64,000 nt of DNA from assembly GCA_964016885.1 (NCBI GenBank), contig OZ024745.1, positions 29,822,001 to 29,886,000 of the forward strand, in the 5' to 3' direction. Position 1 is the stretch's first letter. Every line of letters starts with the position of its first letter. The stretch comes from Eledone cirrhosa (Eukaryota). The notes under the pieces were generated by a model. The model searched no databases. It had not been told where the DNA came from and worked only from the letters and a program-made list of their open reading frames with translations. Shown piece by piece: positions 1 through 12,596 of this stretch. A program made the position numbers and the translations under genes.

Positions 1-369
1 TAACCTTTTCTATGGCTGGATGCCCTTCCAAATGCCAATTACTTTACAGAGTCTACTGGGTGCATTTTATCAGGGCACTAGTACTGAGGGATGCTCAAAT
101 TCTTGCCATAGTTTCTAAGACTAGATGCCATTATTATGTTCAAATCCCGCCGAGGTCAACTTTGCCTTTCATCGTTATGGGGTCGATAAAATTAATTACC
201 AGTAATGCACTGGGATAATTGATGGCCTTATGCTAAAAGAAGAAACAATTATTAAAACCAATTACTTTACAGAGTGTACTGGGTGTAATATATTTGTTTT
301 ATATATTTTATTGTTTATTGTTTATTTTTTAAAATGTTTATTAATGTTTCATTCTTTCCAATTTTGTAG

Positions 370-474
370 AAAGGATTTATTCAGAGGAGTCTGCAAAAAT
401 GTGACTATGCTGAATGTTTCCTCGTGGTAGACTTCCCGACAACCATGGAGCAGGTCCAAGCCTTTGAAAATTGT
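370..474 (+). CDS. Internal exon of tandem adenylate-kinase-like gene (domain A; gene begins upstream of window)
   Basis: ttttgtag acceptor, gtgagt donor, 105 nt, phase 0/0. KGFIQRSLQKCDYAECFLVVDFPTTMEQVQAFENC aligns by eye to the AK GFLIDGFPR..EQ..FE segment. Confidence 0.8.
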
Positions 475-765
475 GTGAGTACTTCAGTTCGACCCCACTA
501 TGAGTACCTCAGTTCCACCCCAGTACTTCAGTCTTACTCCAGCAATTCAGCCCTACCCCATTGTCTCTGAATACCTCAGTTCCATCCCACTGACAATACT
601 TCAATTCTACCCCAATATCTCTGAGTACCTCAGTTCCATCTCACCATCTTCGAGTAGCCCACTTCCATCCCACTGCCCCTGAGTACCTCAGTTCCACCCC
701 TTTATCCCTGAGTCCCTTAAGTCTACTCCACAATCTCTGAGTACCTCACTTCCACCCCAGTATTT
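475..765. repeat. Degenerate minisatellite (GAGTACCTCAGTTCCACCCC core)
   Basis: Core recurs repeatedly at about 20-40 bp spacing, starting at the splice donor. Confidence 0.75.
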
Positions 766-944
766 TTCTTTCATAACACCCTCATTACTATCCATACTTA
801 TTGACTCATTAATGGCATCCACTGTCTCATAGAACCAAAACTATAGCCCTAACCCTAACCCCTGCCATATCCTCTGGTAACTCTTGTCATCTATCTATCT
901 GTCTATCTATTTCTTGCTTTCTATCTATTTATATCTTTTCCCCC

Positions 945-1003
<59 letters not shown>

Positions 1004-1005
<2 letters not shown>

Positions 1006-4000
1006 GCTGGTTATCTGTCTGGGATGGACACATGTGTTAAACTTGCTTGGTAAGTTTTGTTTAAATTTCTTTAGAAATTCGTCATTGTGAACTTTTATTT
1101 TTATACCAATTTGTAGAGGGACTGACAGGTCAAATTTTGATCTGGTCAGTCTCCCAAAATATCGTGCCCCTCAGGGCAAAAAACATCCAAAATATTTTTG
1201 AAAGAAAAAGTTTTTGCAAAACACTTCAATTTTTTTTAAATGGCTGAAGCAAAGGCACTTACTTCTTTGTAAAAACAAGAAGATGGGAAGGGAAAGCCAT
1301 GCCTACTTGACCAGCAGGTAGTAGCAGACATGGACAAAGGAATGCCAACATTATCGCCTCAACATTTAGAAGAGGAACAAACTTCAGCTGCTTGTAAGCA
1401 ACTGAACAACGTCACATGTATCCACACACAGAAGGAAGTCATCATCATCATCATTTCATTTTATGTCCGCTTTTTCCCTGCTTGCAAGGGTGGGATGGGA
1501 ACTGATGCTGGCTTGATTTCTACAGCTGGATGCCCTTCCTAACACCAACCTCATTTACAGTGAGTGCTGGGTGCTTTTTTTTTTTTTGCCGTGGCACCTC
1601 CACGACCACTTTGCAGTGGGATGATAGGGTCCCCAGCCCCTATCATCTCATTTCTACAGCTGAGTAAACTGGAGCAATGTGAAACAACACATCACCCGGT
1701 CTGAGAATTGAACTCACAACCTTTCGATTGCAAGGCCAATGCTCTAACCACTAAGCCATGTGCCTCCATTGGCCATGTGCCTCCATTAGCAAACACTAAC
1801 ACCACCACAACCAACAACAACAACACAATAAAAGGAATCAGTGGCAACACAACGAATGAGACCATCATCACCACCAACAACAACAATAACAAAATTTCAT
1901 TTGCAGCAACAGGATTTTAAATACTATTTCATGGACATTTCCCAAAAGTCCCAATATTTGGAAGAAGCTTCCAACTATGTGACGTTTGAGGGAGACACCC
2001 CACACATACACATACCCCCACAAGTAAGAGAAATGACACAGAAAAAGAAGCTAATTTATAGAACAGTTGACATCACTACCAAAAAACCTATAACGCTCCC
2101 AACAAGCACTATTGAAGCTGCACTAAAAGACATCAAGCCAGACGTGGCATACCTCCAAAGAGGTAAACAGTATGGAAGTGTGTCAGTGCTCTTTAAGAGC
2201 GAAACTCTGGCACAAAAACACTTGGTTCACCCAATAAAAACGGATCAACACATCTTCTTCCTCACATACATGGGAAGAAGATCCTACAAAATAAAAATAA
2301 CCAGGATCCCAGCAGATGTCAACATATGGTGGATCCTACGCTGCATCCTGAAGAAGGATGAGGACACCCTCCTATCTGTAGACAGGACAGACCGGCATAA
2401 CTGGTTTGGAACCTGCATAGAGGTTCTGGTACAAATGAGGCCAGAGAGAGTTGATAAAATACCGGACAGGATCGTCCTTGAGGAAGATGTCATCTCCATT
2501 TTAGTGGAAGGGAAAAGACCTCAGTGCCATAAGTGTGGGAAAACCACACACTTAAAGGCCTTCTGCCCTCTCTTAAACAAACCAAGGACAAACAAGGTGT
2601 TATTACCAACACCAAAACCCCAACATCAACACTCCAAACCAAACACAACACAAATACCTGCAACATCCACTCCCACACCACCACAGACCAGAGACACCCA
2701 CACACACAAAATCCCACTGAAAAACCCTCTATTGCCTCTTCTCCTCCTGTCAAATACTTCTACAAACACCTGCACAAACACTCCACCACACAACATACCC
2801 CCTCCCATCTACCCCTGATTCAGAAGTCTCAGAACCTCTACATCTCCAAGTGAGAATGAAGAGGAACCCAAAAATCCAAAAAACAAAAAAGACACAAAAA
2901 GACACAATCTACAGAAAACATGCACACACCCAACCCCACCATAAATGCACCACCACAAACGACAAACACACCAACAACACAATCACCACCAACACAACCA
3001 AACACTTCACCAACAAAACAAACACCCACACCACCACAATCACAAACCCCAACCACAAAAAGAAAACTACAAACAGAAACAGTACACATAAAAAAACAAA
3101 ACACACTACACATACATAAAAACAAGAAACAAAGAACTTGATAGAACACATAGACAGGGACCCGGATACTGGAAGCTAAACATGTCGCTCCCGGCGCATA
3201 AGGCCTACAGTAAATGGATTAGCACCTTAGTTAAGTGCCAGTTGACGGGGGCGATCGTCAACAACAGGTGGTGGAGCTCTCTCAAGAGAGCAATTAGAAT
3301 AGAATCGATAGCATTTAGCAAGGAAGTAGCTTTAGAAAAAAACAAAACTGAAAAGGAACTGGTAGCTAAAATAGAAGAGGCACTTAGGAATGGCAGTACA
3401 GCTAACGTGCTAGCGGCGAGGACGGCACTAGACCAGTTCTTCAATGTGAAACACAAAGGTTGTATTGTCAGAAGTAGAACACATGCTCTAAGAAACGAGG
3501 GAACCAAAGCTGTTAGCTGGGCCCGAGTGGCAGAGGCGAAAAGTGGCAACAAATCCACAATTCGGTCTTTGCAAGACAAAGAGGACGCATTATACTTGAA
3601 TCCAAGCAGATGTGCGCGGCCTTCCAGCAGCATTTTGCACAACTGTTCGGGCAAAGCGGTACATCGAACGAGGTGATGGACTTCAGCTCCTACCTCGATG
3701 GCGTACTGCGACTCTCGAGCACAGATGCGAGCTGCGAAAGGCCGATCACAGTGGGCGAAATAGAAGATGCCCTAGGCCGCTGCGGGAAACACAAATCACC
3801 CGGTTTAGATGGTCTACCCTATGAGTTTTACATAGGCATGCCAGACTTGTTCTCTGGCATCCTCGAAGCGGTCTACTGCAACTGGCAGCAGAACGGGAGG
3901 ATTGCCAGTTCTGTAGGTAGGCGTAGTAACGCTGATCAGGAAAGATGAGAACAAGGAGGATGAGATAAGCAATTTCAGGCCCATAACTCTGCTCAATACA

Positions 4001-6045
4001 GAATTAAAGATTTTGGCCAAGGTGTTAGCAGCAAGGCTGGTGCTTGTCGTCAAGAACCTGGTAGGGGAAGCCCAAACGTGTGCAATCCCGACCAGGTCCA
4101 TACATGACAACCTCCACCTCATGCGATACATCGTAGAGAGGGTAGGGTGTAAATTTGGCTTTGGTGGGGCTCTGATTTATTTAGATCAGTCTAAGGCATT
4201 TGATAGGGTTGACCATCAATACTTGGAAGCAGTTCTCAAGGCGGTCGGCTTCGGTCCCGTCTTCAGAGGCTGGATCGCTGCCATGCACACCAGCATCTGC
4301 TCGGCAGTCAAGGTGAATGGCTACCTATCAGAGCCATTCCAAATCATGCGTTCCATCTGTCAGGGATTTTCTCTCTCCTCTATTCTATATGTACTGACTC
4401 TCGAGCCGATCGAACCAGGACTGCAGAAAGCAGCGTCAGCCTATGCCAACGACATAACCGTAATGGTGTCGAAAACCTCGGAAATCAGGGTAATCGGCAA
4501 CCTATTACAGGAATACAAAATGTTGACAGGAGCAAGACTAAACCCAAACAAGTCTGTCGGTTTGCAACTCAGCACATGGAGAGGCAAACCCATGCCTTCC
4601 GACAGTGTCGTTGGAAGCTGGACGGAAGGACCGGTGAAATTGCTCAGGATCTGGTTCGGTCCAAACCTCCAGGTGGACAAGAACTGGAACGAGGTCATGG
4701 CGAAGGTGTTTGCACTCACCCAGAAATAGGCTGAGTGCAAACTCTCCTTGAAAGGTCGAGCGGAGGTGGCGAACACTTACATAGCGTCCATCATCTACTA
4801 CCGCTTGAATACCTTACCAAAATGGAACGCCTACTCTTCAAGTTCCTCCTCCATTGGTGAGGAGATCCATCTGCTGTAAACACCCTTCTAACGGAGGGCT
4901 GGGCATGCCGTGGCTGATGATGCGCAAACAGACGCTGAGGCTACGCCATCTCCAGGTACTCCTGACCGGTGAACCAGTGTAGCTGTCGTTTGTGAGACAA
5001 GCTCTTCCACAACTTGTCTCACTAACAAAGCTGCAGTCCTGGGTCAAGCGAAGACCAAAAATGAACGCCTGGCACCTCGAGTGCCTACAGACAGGCACTC
5101 ACAGTCCTCTACCAAGCGGAAACGGCAATCAGCGAAGACTCCACTTCGACATTCTATAGGGGATTAGTGGAGGATAAGTGTGACAACGTTCTCGGGGAAA
5201 CTCTAGGCATCGAGGAGGATGAACTGACCAGTCTGTTTGGGAGGACTTCCCGTCCAGGCCCTATGGATAACTTCCAGAGGTCTCTGGCCTGGCAGTGCTA
5301 CCGAGCAGCTCTACCAGTTCGAGACAAAATCTACAGGCACGGACGCCCTGGCAGAGATCCTGACAAAAGGACCTGTCCAAGATGCAAGCAGGACATCGAA
5401 ACCATTCTGCACGCAATTGTTCAGTGCCCATGGGTGACCAACCTGTGGAATTATGTCGAACAGCTGCTGTCACATGTGGGACGCATCCAGTTGTCAGCCG
5501 AGTCCATCGTGAGGATCACCCCGCCACCTTCATTTAAGAACGAAGGAGAGGCGGTTTTCCTCTGTCTGATGGCTATGGCGAAAGAGGTAATATGGTGGAC
5601 GAGGTTAAAAGGACTGAGGGCAAACATCTTTCTCTCTGGACAACAACTTATCCCCTTCTTTAAGTACCACTTCAGAAGGAAGGTGAGAGTGGAGAGAGAG
5701 GTGCTTCACCCCAGTAAATTCGCTGAAAGGTGGGTGAATGTGGCAAAAATGGCCCGAGTGAATAGGCCTTCTCTGTATATAAACCTGTAGGTTGAGGAAG
5801 ATAAACAGAGGGAAGACAGGAACACCTACAAAACGTGTTCCTGGTGTTGAGGGTTGTTCTCTCCACGGAGTGTAAAACAACCCTGCAGAAACGTTCCTCC
5901 TCCCTACTGGGGATTTCAATTGTTATTTTATTATATATAGTTTATTGTTATTTATTAATGTTAAAGTTATTTTTATGTACAACCCCCGCCGTCACGTCTT
6001 GTAATGTCCCATTTTTGTATGCCCCTGTGACAAATAAAGAAAGAT
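1004..6045 (+). mobile_element. Tx1-type (L1 clade) non-LTR retrotransposon, decayed, endonuclease domain missing
   Basis: ORF1 (to 2818) has a CHKCGKTTHLKAFC zinc knuckle. ORF2 pieces contain GPGYWKLN, KSPGLDGLPYEFY, FRPITLLN, LDQSKAFDRVDH, a degenerate YADD (YAND) and C-terminal CPRC...ETILH...C. It ends AATAAAGAAAGA then (TATC)n. The 5' limit is inferred from the (TATC)n tract ending near 1003. Confidence 0.88.
1438..1787 (-). mobile_element. tRNA-derived SINE family 1 (inserted into Tx1 5' region)
   Basis: A box TGGCTTAGTGG, B-box-like GAGTTCAATTC, (GAT)n tail; near-identical copies elsewhere in the window. Confidence 0.88.
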
Positions 6046-6497
6046 ATCTATCTATCTATCTATCCATTTATCTATCTATCTTTTTCTATCCCTCTCTCTT
6101 TCTACACACACACACAAAAGCCAGTTTCAGTACCTTTATGTATTGGTTATTTTGTTTATTAATAGCTTCTTGTATTTTTGAGCTTTTATGAATTTTTGGT
6201 AATCCACAGAAGTTGCTTGGCCTAACTTCGAAGTTGCAAAAGTAATCAATTTCTTTATTAGTAAAGTAGTTTGAGTATTGTTAGATTAATGATTTTATTT
6301 TGTTTAGAGTTTTTTATCCAGATTTCTTGTTTTTCCTTGTAACAATTTTCACCCACTATTTGTTCTAATATTTTATCTTTGTAAAAATCCCTATCGAAAA
6401 TGACAATGTCCTGTTTTGTCAGCTTCTTTTAGAATAATTGAATTGTCATTAAACTAATTGCTTAAATAATTATTGGTCTTGTTTTGTTAATTGTTAG

Positions 6498-6698
6498 ATT
6501 AACGTTGACCAGATTGTAGTTGTGATTTACATTGGCATTGATGAAGAGATGAGCATTCAAAAATGCCTGACAAAGTTAAATACACTTGATCATATAACAG
6601 CGAGTATCCCAGGAATGGTGGCCCTGCATATGAACACTTTCCAGGAACAGATAGAGCCAGTCATTGAACATTACAAGAGAATTAAGAGATTCATTCAA
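6498..6698 (+). CDS. Exon of adenylate-kinase-like gene (domain A, LID region)
   Basis: ttgttag/gtaaga, 201 nt, phase 0/0. INVDQIVVVIYIGIDEEMSIQKCL...NTFQEQIEPVIEHYKRIKRFIQ resembles AK VLY...EETM..RL...TF...T.PVIEYY. Confidence 0.85.
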
Positions 6699-7287
6699 GT
6701 AAGATTTCTCAGTCATTATACAAGCTCTTTCAAACTTTCAACACCATCATCATTATTGTCTTCATCATATTCATCATCACCATCCTCAAGATCATTGTCA
6801 TCATCATCCTCATCATGGACCATCATCGATGTCATCATAATCACCACTACCATCATCTTTCACATCATCATCATTATCATCACTTTATATCTGTTCCTTC
6901 ATGCTGGCATGAATTGGTCAGGTCATTTTAGAGCAAGACAATCCTCAATCGATGCTACTGTTCCTTTAGATGGGTCAGACACCATGTCTTGCTTATACAC
7001 AATCCAGTATTGGTACGGTTTCTATGGCAGAATGCCCTTCCAGAAAACCTGTTTAAACATAGGACTGAAGGGACTCTTGAGCTGTGTCAAGGGCACAACA
7101 ACCTCCCTAGTGCTGGTGTCCTGACAAAATGAACCCAATGTATTCTGTAAAGTGTAAGAACATATTTAAACAAGATGCAACCCCCCGTCTGTTAGAACAG
7201 TTGCTCTAGCAGAATGTTGATAATTTCATCCAACCTATGCAAGCAAGGAAAAACTGAAGTCAAACTATGATGATGAAGTCTATCCTT

Positions 7288-7605
7288 CCTTTCATTTTAC
7301 GTCCGCTTTTTCCCTGCTTGCAAGGGTGGGACGGGAACTGATTCTGGCTTGATTTCTACAGCTGGATGCCCTTCCTAACACCAACCTCATTTACAGTGAG
7401 TGCTGGGTGCTTTTTTTTTTTTTTGCCGTGGCACCTCCACGACCACTTTTCAGTGGAATGATAGGGACCCCAGTCCCTATCATCTCATTTCTACAGCTAA
7501 GTAAACTGGAGCAATGTGAAATAAAGTGTCTTGCTCAAGGAAACAACACATCACCCGGTCTGAGAATTGAACTCACAACCTTTCGATTGCAAGGCCATGT
7601 GCCTC
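7288..7605 (-). mobile_element. SINE family 1
   Basis: Near-identical to 1438-1787 and to the reverse complement of 8921-9252. Confidence 0.88.
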
Positions 7606-7855
7606 ACATATACAAATATAGAACCACCTCAAATAAGGCTCAGAATTGACCAAAGGGAAGATTACAGTAGAGTACTTTAGAATCTGGGCTGAGACACCTC
7701 TAAAGTTTCTTTATTTTAAAGTACTTTACTGTGATCTTCCCTTTGGTCAATTCTGAGCCTTATGTATATATGGTTAAATGATGATGATATAATGCTTTTA
7801 TTCTAACCACAACTCTTTTTATGTATCACTTTATGACTGTCTTCTTGCTCAATAG

Positions 7856-7940
7856 ATTGATGAATTTACTGACCAAGAGACTGCTCTTTACGAAATTAGA
7901 GCCCTTATCAATGATGCTATCAGTGGTAAATCAAGGGAAG
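7856..7940 (+). CDS. Exon of adenylate-kinase-like gene (end of domain A)
   Basis: ctcaatag/gtaact, 85 nt, phase 0/1. IDEFTDQETALYEIRALINDAISGKSRE resembles the AK terminal strand and helix; phase matches the next exon. Confidence 0.8.
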
Positions 7941-8920
7941 GTAACTCATTTAATAATTGTTTCTACTTTTGGCACAAGGCCAGCAATTACTCAGTACATT
8001 ACTGGTACTTTATTTTATCAACCCCGTAAGGATTAATATTATCCAATGTCAAACTGTGTCTTCCGATGTTCCATTATAGAAGAAAAAGAAATGTACAGCT
8101 TAGATCTGTAATTTTGAAGCTATGGGAACAGCCAGTATCTAGTTCTAAACTAATTCTTCATTTTATCAATCCCAAGGGTATGGAGGGTAAAGTCAACCTT
8201 GACAAAAGTTGAAATCAGAAGGAAACAATCTGAACAAATACCATGTGGCATTTTGTCCAATGTGAAACTTTGCAGTATTTGTTCTAGGTTTTTTGCATTC
8301 TCATTTCAAATCTCGTCTAGTCATATGGTTTAACAGAGTCCAGTCTGTGTGAAGGTCAGGTATTGTGTTCATGGATTCACTCATCCTTTCTTCCCACCAG
8401 TCTTAAAAAAAGAAATGTGGCTCGTACATTGTTTGTTTACACACAGATGCCTGCCTGCTGACATCTGAAAACTGTTGTCCAGTTATATATCTATATATAA
8501 ATTTCAGCGACTTCTGTCCATCACACAATATGTGTGTGTGTTTGTGTGAATATATGAGAGTGTAAAAGGAAGGAAGCGGCTAGTGAAAAAATTATAGCAA
8601 AACAGTGGCTGTTGTTCCATTTGCTATACTGTGTGTGAGTGTATGTATATGTGTGTGTTTATGTAAATGTATGTGTGAGTTTGTGTGAATGTATGTGTAT
8701 TTGTGTGAATGTATGTCTGTGAGTGTGTATTTTTGTAAGTGTTTCTATATTTGCGCATTTATATTTATATACTTATACATATAAACGTATGCATATGCAC
8801 ATACCCACACGCACACACCCGGTCTGAGAATTGAACTAACAACCTTTTGATTGCAAGGCCAATGCTCTAACCACTGAGCCATGTGCCTCCATATATATAT
8901 ATATTTGTGTGTATATATAT

Positions 8921-9252
8921 ATGGCTTCGTGGTTAGAGCATTGGCCTTGCAATCGAAAGGTTGTGAGTTCAATTCTCAGACCGGGTGATGTGCTGCTTCC
9001 TTGAGCAAGACACTTTATTTCACATTGCTCCAGTTTACTCAGCTGTAGAAATGAGATGATAGGGACTGGGGTCCCTATCATTCCACTGCAAAGTGGTCGT
9101 GTAGGTGCCACGGAAAAAAGCACCCAGCACTCACTGTAAATGAGGTTAGTGTTAGGAAGGGCATCCAGCTGTAGAAATCAAGCCAGAATCAGTTCCCGTC
9201 CCACCCTTGCAAGCAGGGAAAAGCGGGCGTAAAATGATGATGATGATGATGA
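8921..9252 (+). mobile_element. SINE family 1 (inverted head copy at about 8815-8890)
   Basis: tRNA-like head, CCTTGAGCAAGACACTT CORE-like segment, AGGAAGGGCATCCAGCTGTAGAAA segment, (GAT)n tail. Confidence 0.9.
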
Positions 9253-10165
9253 TATATATATATATATATCATCATCGTTTAACGTCCATCTTCCATGCTA
9301 GCATATAAATTTGTGTGTGTGTGAAAAACAACACTAGGGAATGATACAGTACAATAATGATATATATTAATTTCACGATTGATATAGTAGGAAAAGAGTC
9401 TTAACATTTCAAACATGAGTTCTTCATCAAGAAATAGAAAGTTAGACAAGAGTAAGAAAAAACGTCAAAACAATTTTTTATAGGAGGAAAGCATGTGTAT
9501 GTTTGAGTCGGCTTTATGGTTTGTGTTTACAGTTTAGAACATCTGGCTCTCTTCATTGGTGATCGATGGTCTTTAGCACCTAAAATGTTCTCCTCCAATG
9601 CATAAACCTGAGTAATGTGCATTCTATGGAAGATCCGCAGTTGCCCATACATGCCACCCTCCTCACTTTATGCTACCAATATTATCCAATAAGCTTAGCC
9701 CAAGTGACACGACAACATATATGTACATTATATATACACTATATATATTACATATACATTATAAATACACTATATGTGATGTAGTTCAAGGGAAAGGTAA
9801 AGGCTTATATATCTTGGTCCCAGTGACATCACAACTTATTTTTTCCAGCTGAGTGAACTGGAACAACGTAAAATATAGTGTCTTGCTCAAGGACACAATG
9901 TACTGCCTGTTCTGGGAACCAAACTCACAACTTCACAATTGTAAGCCAAATTCTTTAACCACTAAGCCATGCAGCTTCAACAGTGTAGAATAGATATAGT
10001 TGATCCTTCATTTTATATGAAGTGACTAAAAGGGTTGGTGCCAGGAATGGTACCCAGCCATAAAGTATTGATGCAAAATGGACGCCATGATGAATATGAT
10101 AGTAGTAATGGGGGTCCAACCTCTTCTTGTTGTTTAACCGACTGACTTCTATTTTGTCCCTTTAG

Positions 10166-10294
10166 ATTTGCAGGAACAGCTGGAGGAGATGGCTGCTTAC
10201 AGAGATTTATCGGCCCCCAAAATGGGGACAACCTTTCCTTCAACTCTCTCTTTCTATCCAATTTTCCCAAAATGTCCAGTGATCCTTCTGACAG
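10166..10294 (+). CDS. Exon of adenylate-kinase-like gene (linker and first strand of domain B)
   Basis: ccctttag/gtaata, 129 nt, phase 1/1. DLQEQLEEMAAY...PKCPVILLTG leads directly into the P-loop in the next exon. Confidence 0.85.
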
Positions 10295-10573
10295 GTAATA
10301 TTATTTCTTCTTCTTCTTCTCCCCCCCCCCCCCCTCTTCTTCTTCTTCTTCTTCTCCCCCCCCCCTTCTTCTTCTTCTTCTTCTTCTTCTTCAACCAGCA
10401 GTTACTATGAGGTGGAATTGAACCTCATATCATTTAATGCCTATTTTCTATGCTTGAATGGAATAAACAGGTTGTCACATTATATGACTAGAGAGAGAAA
10501 GAGAGACAGAGAGAGACAGAGAGAGAGAGGGAGAGAGAGTATTTATTGGTTCTGTTTACTTTTTATATTTCAG

Positions 10574-10749
10574 GTATTCCAGGTAGTAATAAATCAGTTC
10601 ATGCTAAGCTACTAGCACCAGAAAATGATAAAATAGAATTTATTTTGATTGGTCAGATGCTATGCAGTGGTTCATCCTACGCAAATCCTGACTGTAACCA
10701 GATGTCAAATCTTTTTACTGTGTTTAGTGATGGGGATTTTTTACCAAAG
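10574..10749 (+). CDS. Exon of adenylate-kinase-like gene (domain B P-loop and NMP-binding region)
   Basis: atttcag/gtaagt, 176 nt, phase 1/0. GIPGSNKSVHAKLLA...FILIGQMLC...DGDFLPK corresponds to AK GGPGSGKGTQ...HLSTGDLLR...G.LVP. Confidence 0.88.
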
Positions 10750-10779
10750 GTAAGTTTATATATAACTGCTGTGATCAAC

Positions 10780-11835
10780 TTATCGAGTTTCTTGAAGACA
10801 TCACCCGGATTACTGATGGCAGCTCATGTGTGGATGTTGTAAAAGTTTGACTTTGCTAAAGTTTTTAATTCTGTGCCACACAAATGACTTATGGCAAAAC
10901 TCTCTGCAATGGTCATGAAGGGTGATCTTTTTAACTGGTTGAAGTCCTTCATTCTGAGTCGAAGAGAGGTAGTCATGGTTCTAGGACAGAATTCCTCACT
11001 GTATGATGTTATCTGGTGTATGACAGGGATCTGTTCTTGGTCGCCTTTTGTTTGTGGCATATATTAATGACATAGATGCCAACTTAAAGAATGCCACAGT
11101 ACTGAAATATGCAGATGACATCAAACTGTACCTTGAGATAAAAAGGATAGATCCTGAACACTATAGATCTTTCCTGCAATCACACCTGGACATGATGCAG
11201 CAATGGATCACGGACTGGCAACTCAAGCTGGCTGTGGACAAGTGTACCACCATGCATTTTGGGAGGAAAAACCAAGCGTCCACATACTCCCTCCACACAC
11301 TAATATCAAGAAATCTTCTTGTGAACGTGACCTGGGCATTACTGTCAGCAGCGATTTGCGTTGGACAAAGCATGTCACTAAAATTGTCAAGAAGGCCAAG
11401 GGTGTCTTAGCATCACTCAGCAAGACCTTTGTCAGCCATTCTCCAGTTATCTATTTAAAGCTGTATATAGCTATGGTGCAGCCACACTTAGAATTTGCAT
11501 CACCAGTCTGGAACCCCTATCTTGCTCAGAATATTGACCTCTTGGAAACTGTTCAGAGACATGCAACCAAGCGAATACTCTCCATCAGGCATTTACCATA
11601 CTCTGAACGCCTTGCTTCCCTGGGCATGGATACATTGAAGCTCCAACGTCTGGCAACTGACTTGGTTAACACCCATAAAATTATTAACCATCTTGCCAAC
11701 AACAACTCTGAGCACCTTTTTGATTTCCATGTGTCTAACACACATGGGCATGCCTATAAAGTCAGAAAACAGCATAGCTACCATGACTTTCAGAAACATT
11801 TTTTCATGCTCATGGAACAAACTACCGGCATCAGT
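10780..11835 (+). mobile_element. CR1/L2-group LINE reverse-transcriptase fragment
   Basis: DFAKVFNSVPH..L.AKL, FVAYIND, KYADDIKL, ERDLG, PHLEFASPVWNPY...LLETVQRHATK, with frameshifts. Confidence 0.88.
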
Positions 11836-12315
11836 AGAAATGTTCCATTTATGTTAACAAGGAAAACTAATGTTAAATGATGATCATGACTACATTATGC
11901 ATCCTCTTTTTCGTTAGAAAAATATATTTTCTGTATTTGTTTCTCTGTAATTGAGAATGTGTGCGTGTGACACACAGACCATGTTTAATTTCAAGTGACC
12001 TTAGTTCAGTCATGGGCTGCATGCAGCTTTCTGAATGGCATGCCTAGTTTCAAAATGGCTTTGAATGTTTTAGTAGTGTGGCCCACCTTAATAAGCCACA
12101 TCCTATTCAGCCCACTGCTCGAAAAAGGTTGCCCTTGCCTGTCTGAGTGTGTGACGTGGTCTCATTTATTTCACATGACCATTGTGTGTATGTGTGTGTG
12201 TGTATATGTGACAGAATCTTGTTTATTTCACATGATCTTAGTGTGTGTGTTGGGGGGGGGGGGTTACGACTTTACTAGTAGCGATTGAATTTGACACTAC
12301 TGGAAGATTTGTGAT

Positions 12316-12596
12316 GGAAGAAGAAGAAGAAGAAGAAGAAGAAGAAGAAGGAGGAGGAGGAGGAGGAGGGGGGGAGAAGAAGCAGAAGAAGAAGAAGAAG
12401 AAGAAGGAGGAGGAGGAGGAGGAGGAGGAGGAGGAGAAGGAGGAGGGGGTGGAAGAAAAAGAAGAAGAAGAAGAAGAAGAAGAAGAAAAAGAACAATAAG
12501 AAGAAAAAAGAAAAAGGAGGAGGAGGAGGAGAAGAAGAAGAAGAAGAAGAAGAAGAAGAAGAAGAAGAAAAAGAAGAAGAAGAAGAAGAAGAAGAA
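12316..12596. repeat. (GAA/GGA)n purine tract
   Basis: Direct reading. Confidence 0.95.

Noticed and set aside
847-863. CCCTAACCCTAACCC telomere-like motif
   Set aside because: Fewer than three units; not an interstitial telomere array.
6699-7124. Extension of the 200 aa ORF beyond the exon
   Set aside because: Read-through past a good gtaaga donor into (TCA)n low-complexity intron sequence.
8921-8990. tRNA-Cys-like sequence (ttGCAat loop)
   Set aside because: It is the head of a multi-copy SINE, with no proper acceptor stem.
9385-9440. Possible minus-strand hammerhead (TTGATGA..GAAA)
   Set aside because: Core is mutated and stems I and III are unconvincing.
12245-12499. Poly-Glu/Lys ORF
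   Set aside because: (GAA/GGA)n tract inside an intron.
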